Assembly (NCBI GenBank): GCA_964016885.1
Contig: OZ024742.1
Coordinates: 241,862,001-241,926,000, forward strand
DNA length: 64,000 bases
DNA from: Eledone cirrhosa
Taxonomy: Eukaryota
Direction of reading: 5' to 3'
This document shows, one piece after another, positions 57,190-64,000 of the stretch. A program made the translations under genes and the position numbers. Position 1 is the first letter of the stretch. Each line of letters begins with the position of its first letter. The notes below the pieces were generated by a model, which worked only from the letters and a program-made list of their open reading frames with translations, did not search any database and was not told the origin of the DNA.

Positions 57190-58258
57190 CACGGTAAGAA
57201 GTATCTTCAGATGAACCCGGACCAGTCCCCTCTGGCTGTCCTCGTTACCTCGATCGAGACAGTATCCGCCGGAGTCACCCCATGTCTAGTCCTGAGGGAA
57301 TTCCAGGAATTCACTGTTCTTTTCCCTTTCTGGGAGCGATAATTAAAACCTTGCTGGTTTTGCAGGGGTTCATCGCATGTTTAATAGCGAGGGCCATATT
57401 TTCTGTCCCTCGCTATGTACTTGGTGTCAACCATGATGCACCTCATCGCAGCTTGAATTTCGGCTTGGGGAATTATTGCCGCTTTTTTCGTCTGGGCTGA
57501 AATGCATCTAAAGTGCACTGTTCTCCCCTCCACCGCTTCTATGGCTTCCGCCGGGGGAGTTAAGGTGGTCCAGATTTGCTCTTGTTTGATGAGCTTCCAG
57601 GCCTGGCTCAACTTTTAATCCTTTTCGCTGAAGAATATGCTGAAGTATAGCCACTTATGGCTGCTGCCGCAGCGAAAGTGCTCTTGCTGTTGGTGATGTT
57701 GCTGTAGGTGTTGTCGTTGTTGTTGGTGTTGTCGTCCTTGCTGGTGTTTTTGTCGTTGTTGTTGGTGGTGTTGTGCTGTCTTTGCTGTTGCAGTTGTTCT
57801 TGGTGCAGCTGTTGTTGTTGTTTTCTATGTTGCAGTTGATGTTGATGTTTTTAACTTTGTTGTTGTTTTTGGAATTGTTATTGTCGTTATTATCTTTACT
57901 TCTTTAGCTGTTGTTATCGTTGCTGTCGTTGTTCATGTTATTTCTGGTTGTGTTGCCAAATTTGTTGTTGCATGTTGTGTTTGTAGTAATTATTTTTTCA
58001 GTTGTGCGCACAACGGTGCTCGTTGTTGACATATCTTACAACTTTAAAATCGTCGTCAGACGGCAGAATCAATGTTTTTCTTTTTCGAAAACAAATATTT
58101 GCGCCAAGAGGACCAACTATTATAGAGTGTCCCTTTCACAGGGCACAGACGGAAGTCGTATGACCCCGTTGTCACAAAAAATACAACAATTATTTCAATG
58201 CGAAAATTTGAAAAATCACTAACTCAAGCATCTCACAAAAGCACGTCATCCCCGTCCT
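57190..58258 (-). mobile_element. Decayed 5' portion (5' UTR plus ORF1) of a third Tx1-like element
   Basis: SQAWKLIKQEQIWTTLTPPAEAIEAVEGRTVHFRCIS aligns with ORF1 AQAWKIINQEQTWANLTVPAEAIEAVEKRTVHFRCIS; N-rich region with STFAAAAA; 5' UTR blocks resemble 18120-18300. Confidence 0.9.
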
Positions 58259-58269
58259 AAAACTAATAA

Positions 58270-58920
58270 TTGTTTCCACTTTTGGCACAAGGCCAGCAAA
58301 TACGCAGTGCATAACTGGTACTTTATTTTATCGACCCCGTAAAGATGCAAGACAAAGTTGGTTTCTTATATAGGCACAAGGCCAGCAATTTTGGCTGTGG
58401 GGAAAGTCGATTAAATCGACCCCAGTGCACGACTGGTACTTTATTTTATCGACCCCGTAAGGATGAAAGGCAAAGCTAACAGCAAAGGGCCATAACTCTA
58501 TGCTGCAAAGCATGGTGTCTGACGCTCTGTCAATACTGCCAATCCACCAATAATAATAATTGTTTCTAATTTTAGCACAAAGCCAGCAATTACCCAAATG
58601 CATTACTGGTAATTTATTTTATCGACCCCGTAAGGATGAAAGTCAAAGTTTACCTCAGCGAATACAATATAACTAATTGTTTATAGTAATTATGCGCTTG
58701 AAAATAATATTCTCTTCCACAATTATTAACAGCAAGGAATAATTGTTTCTACTTTTGGTACAAGGCCAGCCATTATACCAGTGTATTACTGGTACTTTAT
58801 TTTATCGACCCCGTAAGAATGAATGGCAAAGTTTAACCTCGGCGGGATGTGAACTCAGATCATAAAGGGCCGTAACTCTTTGCTGCAAAGCATGGCGTCC
58901 GATACTGCCAATCCACCGCC
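58270..58920 (-). mobile_element. Array of four co-oriented SINE copies or fragments
   Basis: Tails and cores at about 58270-58360, 58360-58548, 58561-58660 and 58743-58920; AAT spacers; the last copy is flanked by TAACAGCAAGGAATAAT. Confidence 0.88.
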
Positions 58921-59633
58921 TAACAGCAAGGAATAATGATCTTTAACCTTAAGGCGGTGATTTTACAGAAATGGCATGCTATAGACTACATTCTTTAGCT
59001 TATATAAATTCATCCGTGGATATTTTAAATTCAAATCCATGCAGTGTCGAATTACTTCTACATAACTGTATGGTCATTGGTTTAGTCTTCCTCTACAAAC
59101 TATAGACATGTAACTTGTCAAATACAATTAGTATGTTTAGATGTTGATGCCGGTGATAATGATCGAAACATTCAATACTATTTGCTCTAATTCCTTATCT
59201 ACTGGGTTCAAATCTTCTCATTGTTGAATCTCCTTTTTTATCTTTCTAGTTTTGATTAAATTTGTTATAGAGAAATGTCAAGTGAGAAATCAACGCAGGT
59301 TGATTCTTTGATAATAAATTCAATTATCAGCAAAGGAAGGAAATTGACGGATTAAATGCTTAACATTGCTATAGTCGGTATTGGATTTTATATCATCAAG
59401 GTGTGCGCAGAATATCATCAACTAAACACTAGTTACTATAAACGTTGTTGGTTAAATGAAAGGTGTTCCTAGTCGAGGATACCTATGATCCGATATATTC
59501 CATCAGTGAATAACTTGCTTTTTTCGTGGATGAAATTATTCATTCTATGCTGTTATCACATGGAAAAGGCTAAAGGCTTATTTTAATATATTTTGTTTCC
59601 TCTGATAAGAAAATGTGGTATTATATAATTATT

Positions 59634-60048
59634 GGCGGTGGTTTGGCAGTATCGCAGGAGCGCAGACACCATGCTTTGGAGCATAGCGTCATGGCCTTTT
59701 ACGTTCTGAGTTCAAATTCCGCCGAGGTTAATTTTGCCTTTCATCCTTACTGGGTCGATAACATAAAGTACCAGTCACGTACGGGGGTCGATTTAATCGA
59801 CTTTCCCCTCCCCCCAAATTGATGGTCTTTTGCTTATATAAGAAACCATTATATAGTTATTGGCGATGGACTGGCAGTATCGATGGAGCGTCAGACGCCA
59901 TGCTTTGCAGTATAGAGTTATGGCCTTTTACGTTCTGAGTTCAAATCCCGCAGAGGTTAGCTTTGCCTTTCATCCCTATGGGGTCGATAAAATAAAGCAC
60001 CAGTAATGCACTGGAGTTATTACTGGCCTTGTGACAAAAGTAGGAACA
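59634..60048 (+). mobile_element. Two head-to-tail SINEs (long 59634-59848, short 59862-60048)
   Basis: A and B boxes, cores and tails; ATTATATA[A/G]TTATT flanks the first copy. Confidence 0.9.
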
Positions 60049-60635
60049 CTTTTATGGTTATGTCGAAAAAAATTAACGTTACTACCTATCCTTCATCTAT
60101 ATATATGAAACTGCGGTTGTCTGTCTGTCTACTAAAACGGTCGGCACACATCTCCTCCTAAACCGTACGTTCAAACTTCAGTGAAATTGCTACACTTATA
60201 GATGAAGGTCCGGCAGAGACATCGGCAAAAAAAATTTTAAAATCGACCCACGCCAAGTGCAAAAATCGAATTTGTAATGTATTGATTTTTCAGTTCAAAT
60301 GTATAAATAGAGATGAGAGACGAGTTATATCCCTTTTATGGCGTCATTTTGTTTACCTATTTACGTTACGAATACACGTCGCGTGCAAAAGTACAAAAAT
60401 ACGCGAACAGTTTTCGGACCAGCAAAATTTTAACCTGCAAAATTCACGAGTTCGAAGTTTCAACATTAAGCTTCCATTTTGCTTCATTTCCATTAAAAAG
60501 GTCTTTTAAAACAATATTTTTACTTGAAAACAAGTCTATTTAAATACACCGTAAAACAAGCAAACATTTTGTAAAATAATCATTGATCTCGAATAAAGCC
60601 TTATGAGATTTTCATTTAGAAGCAATGAATTTAAA

Positions 60636-60957
60636 CGACAGGCAGTCGTGCAGAGAGGTGATATAGGCGATAAAGTTGTGCAGACAGATAGTCGTGCAGA
60701 GAGGTCATATAGGCGATAAAGTTGTGCAGACAGACAGTCGTGCATTGAGGTGATATAGGCGATACAGTTGTGTAGACAGACAATCGGGCTGATAGACGAT
60801 GGAGTCATGCAGACAGACAGTCGTGCAGAGAAGTGATATAGGAGATAAAGTTGTACAGACAGACAGTCGTGCAGAGATGGGATATAGACGATAAAGTTGT
60901 GCTGGCAGACAGTCGTGCAGAGTGTTGATATAGGCGATAAAATTGTGCAGACAGACA
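60636..60957. repeat. 46-bp minisatellite, about 7 units, inside the Helitron
   Basis: Unit AGACAGACAGTCGTGCAGAGAGGTGATATAGGCGATAAAGTTGTGC; GTCGTGC anchors at 60645, 60691, 60737, 60820, 60866 and 60912. Confidence 0.92.
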
Positions 60958-60959
60958 AC

Positions 60960-63247
60960 CAAGTGCATCAAATACATATGTAAGTATGTTAATAAGGGTT
61001 CTGACGCTGCTTCGTTCGGTATACTCAACGAAAACAATAGAGACGAAGTAACGCAATTCCAAGTAGGGCGTTACATAAGTAGTAGCGAGGCCTTTTGGCG
61101 AATCTTCGGTTTTCCAATACATGATAGGCATCCTTCAATTGTAAAATTTGATGTACACCTAGAACACGGTCAACGGATGCACTATGCCAACAAAAATGCC
61201 GCTGGGAGACAACTTTAACTGGACTTTTCAAACTGTGCGAATACGATGACTTCGCAAAATCATTGCTGTGTCCTCAGGTGCCATCATACTATACATGGAA
61301 TAAAAAAACATGGAGTCGCGGATAGACTGGCCGACCAGTTATTGGAGTTCCCGGGATCAAATTCACTAATTGCTTGGGGCGAGTGTATACGATTCTTCCA
61401 AATCAACACGAGTGCTTCTATCTTCGAATGCTACTACATGAGGTCAAAGGTAATCGTGTTTGGTCTACATACAGAGATGCCTATTTGGCTCGTGGAATGC
61501 TTGAAGATCACTCACGATGGGATGCAACCTTGGCGGAGATCGCTTCATCACACTCAGCTGGAAGCCTACGAGAGCTCTTTGCAAAGCTTCTTCACTTATG
61601 TAACATTTGTGATCCCTACACATTATGGTTGAAGTTTCGGAACCAACTGTCTGAGGACTTCCTGCGCCAGGGTCAACTACTACTTCCTGACATAGAAATA
61701 TATTTCAGTGATGATTTATACAATAAAGAGCTTATAGACATAGAGGACAGGATTTTCGTTATGGGTGGGAATGCCTTGCCAGCATGCGGTCTGCCATACA
61801 CAAACCGCACTGATTCTAATAAAATTCCAACTCTCATCATCCAAGAAACATCTTATGATGTCGATAGATATGTGTTTGAAATGGAACCAAAACTACTTCC
61901 CGATTAGCAATTTGCATACAACACTATCACCGACTATGTATTTCATCAATGGGGTGGTATCTTCTTTCTTGATTCCCCTGGAGGCATTGGAAAAACCTTT
62001 GTTACTAAACTTCTTCTTGCCAAAGTTAGACAGAATGAAGTTATCGCAATAGCCGTTGCATCATCCGGTATTGCAGCAACACTACTTCCTGGCGGCAGGT
62101 CAGTACACTCTACCTTTAAGCTTCCGTTTAACTTGGTATCAGCTGAAACACCGCTCTGTGACATCACCAAGGATAGTCCAAGAGCACAACTGCTACGACG
62201 GTGCCAACTGATTGTGTGGGATGAATGCACCATGGCTCACAAAGGAGCTATTGAGGCTTTAGATAGAACACTGAAAGACATTAGAGACCGTCAGGAGACC
62301 ACGAGGGTGTAAATCTTTTGCTTTCAAGGGACTTTCGACAAATTTTGCCGGTTATTCCAAAGGGCACCAGAACGGTTCAAGCTCGGGCCTGCCTGAGGTC
62401 TTCTCCATTGTGGCAACAGGTAATAACACTTCGTCTGACCACTAACATACGTGTTCAACCGAATGGCGATACTGTGTCTGAAAAAATTGCTGAAGACCTC
62501 ATTCTTGGCAACGGCATAGTACCTTCAGATGTGGATGGAGACATTGCATTCGACAATATATGCTGTATGGTTAACATTGTCGAAGATCTAAAGGCAGCCG
62601 TTTTTCCCAAATTGGCAGATAATTACCGCAATCATACATGGCTGTGTTAGAGGGCTATATTAGCTCCTACAAATGTCACTGTCTCCGCCATTAATCGCCA
62701 TTTGCTTGAAAGTTTTCCTGGAAATGATAAGACTTTTAACTCTATTGATACCAATGTTGATCCACATGATGCGGTCAGTTATCCCATTGAATTCCTCAAT
62801 TCATTGGACATTCCCGGTCTACCTCAACATATTTTGTCGCTCAAGGAAGGATGTCCAGATAAACTTCTCAGAAATATAACGCCTCCCAAGCTTTGCAATG
62901 GTACACGCCTTGTTGTCAATAGGATGTCACAGCACATTATTTATGCTACGAATATGTCGGGGTGTGGAAAAGGAGAAGATGTTTTAATACCTACGGTAAC
63001 TATTACTACATCAGGAGTGGATGCACCCTATTCTTTTAAAAGAACCCAATTTCCCCTTCGTGCTGCCTTTGTTATGTCCACCAACAAGTCCCAGACTTTA
63101 TCTGTGGCAGGACTTCACCTGGAGGAGCCATGTTTTTCACATGGACAATTCTACGTTGGATGTTCTCGAGTTGGCAGCCGGAACAACCTCTTTGTTTTTG
63201 CTCCAAACGGAAAAACAAAGAATATTGAATACCGTGAGGTTTTATAG
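60960..63247 (+). pseudogene. Helitron RepHel pseudogene (end of Rep plus PIF1-like SF1 helicase)
   Basis: IKYICKYVNKGSD, GRYISSSEAFWRIF, FYLRMLL, PGGIGKT (Walker A), IVWDECTM, DFRQILPV, LCNGTRL, QFPLR, FSHGQFYVGCSRV; multiple stops and frameshifts. Confidence 0.93.
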
Positions 63248-64000
63248 GGCTTTTTGGTTCAAAACGGCAATGTTACACCGTCTGCCTTAAATATATAGCC
63301 TCTACGAAACCTGTATTCAACATCCATGCAGTGCATTGACACCTAGGCCTCTAGGGACCAGCATCGCTCGCAAATCAAAGCGGACTCTGAAAGCGATGCT
63401 TTCGATTGTTAAGGACGCCTCTCCAGTCGCTGACAAGTCCGGCGTTTAATACATAGACACACACAACTTGGCGCATACATACAAATATTGTGCCCGTCAT
63501 TTCTTTCATTGTTTCAATATGCATGCCGATCTAGACAACACGGACAACAGCATTTCTGGTGCGTCGAAGTAAACTTTCGTCATCATTCTCAATTGCATGT
63601 GAAGATGCAATGGAAGAAGCATTTCTGTTTTGTTGATTTCTGCGATTCTTTTTGGTGAATATGGCTTTTGCTGCAGCTGTCCATTTCGCATGCTGTGGCT
63701 GTCTATAATCTGCCCATCAAACTCACCATGGGTATGTTATGAGCTCTTCATAGTTTATCTTAAACATCTACGCTATTACATTGTCAATATTTTTGTATCA
63801 CAGGTGCGAACCTCTTTGATGTTGCCTGCACCCTCGACTTCGGATAACGCATTTTTTTTTTTTTTTTTTTTTTTCAAAAATTTCTTTGTTTCAAAATAAC
63901 TGATAGTTTGGTTACGCTGATGCTTTTCTCTGATGATGCTTTTCTCTGAGACAAGTTTGCACTGTTTACATTTTCGATTTTTGTTAATAGATTACCAGTG

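Larger units (their letters stand above)
60096..63247 (+). mobile_element. Decayed, internally deleted Helitron (3' terminus not located)
   Basis: 5' end A|TCTATATATATGAAA..GTCTGTCTGTC is like the 29441-30060 element; followed by RepHel remnants. Confidence 0.88.

Noticed and set aside
63340-63535. CTAG motifs as the Helitron 3' end
   Set aside because: None is followed by T or preceded by a clear GC hairpin.

Overview
This is a gene-poor, AT-rich eukaryotic window, saturated with microsatellites ((TA)n, (CA)n, (GA)n, (ACAT)n, (TAG)n) and transposable elements. The repeat content suggests a cephalopod such as Octopus, which is an inference. No host protein-coding gene is securely identified, and most ORF-track entries are microsatellite or antisense artefacts. 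Main contents: (1) a full-length Tx1/L1-group LINE (12491-18305, minus strand) with an open 1139-aa APE-RT-Zn ORF2 and a 17-bp target-site duplication, plus two decayed relatives; (2) about 20 copies of a tRNA-derived SINE; (3) a truncated Neptune-type Penelope-like element (PLE) with inverted pLTRs; (4) RTE fragments, two hAT MITEs, mariner/Tc1 remnants, a non-autonomous Helitron and a decayed RepHel Helitron. Two systems stand out. (A) The SINE and the Tx1 LINE share a 3'-terminal stem-loop with the same CUUGU loop, and both insert co-oriented into (ATT)n tracts, suggesting a microsatellite-targeting LINE/SINE pair. (B) Several short fold-back elements sit in (TA)n tracts with hammerhead-like motifs at or near their symmetry axes, and there is one canonical type-I hammerhead ribozyme at 24510-24582.
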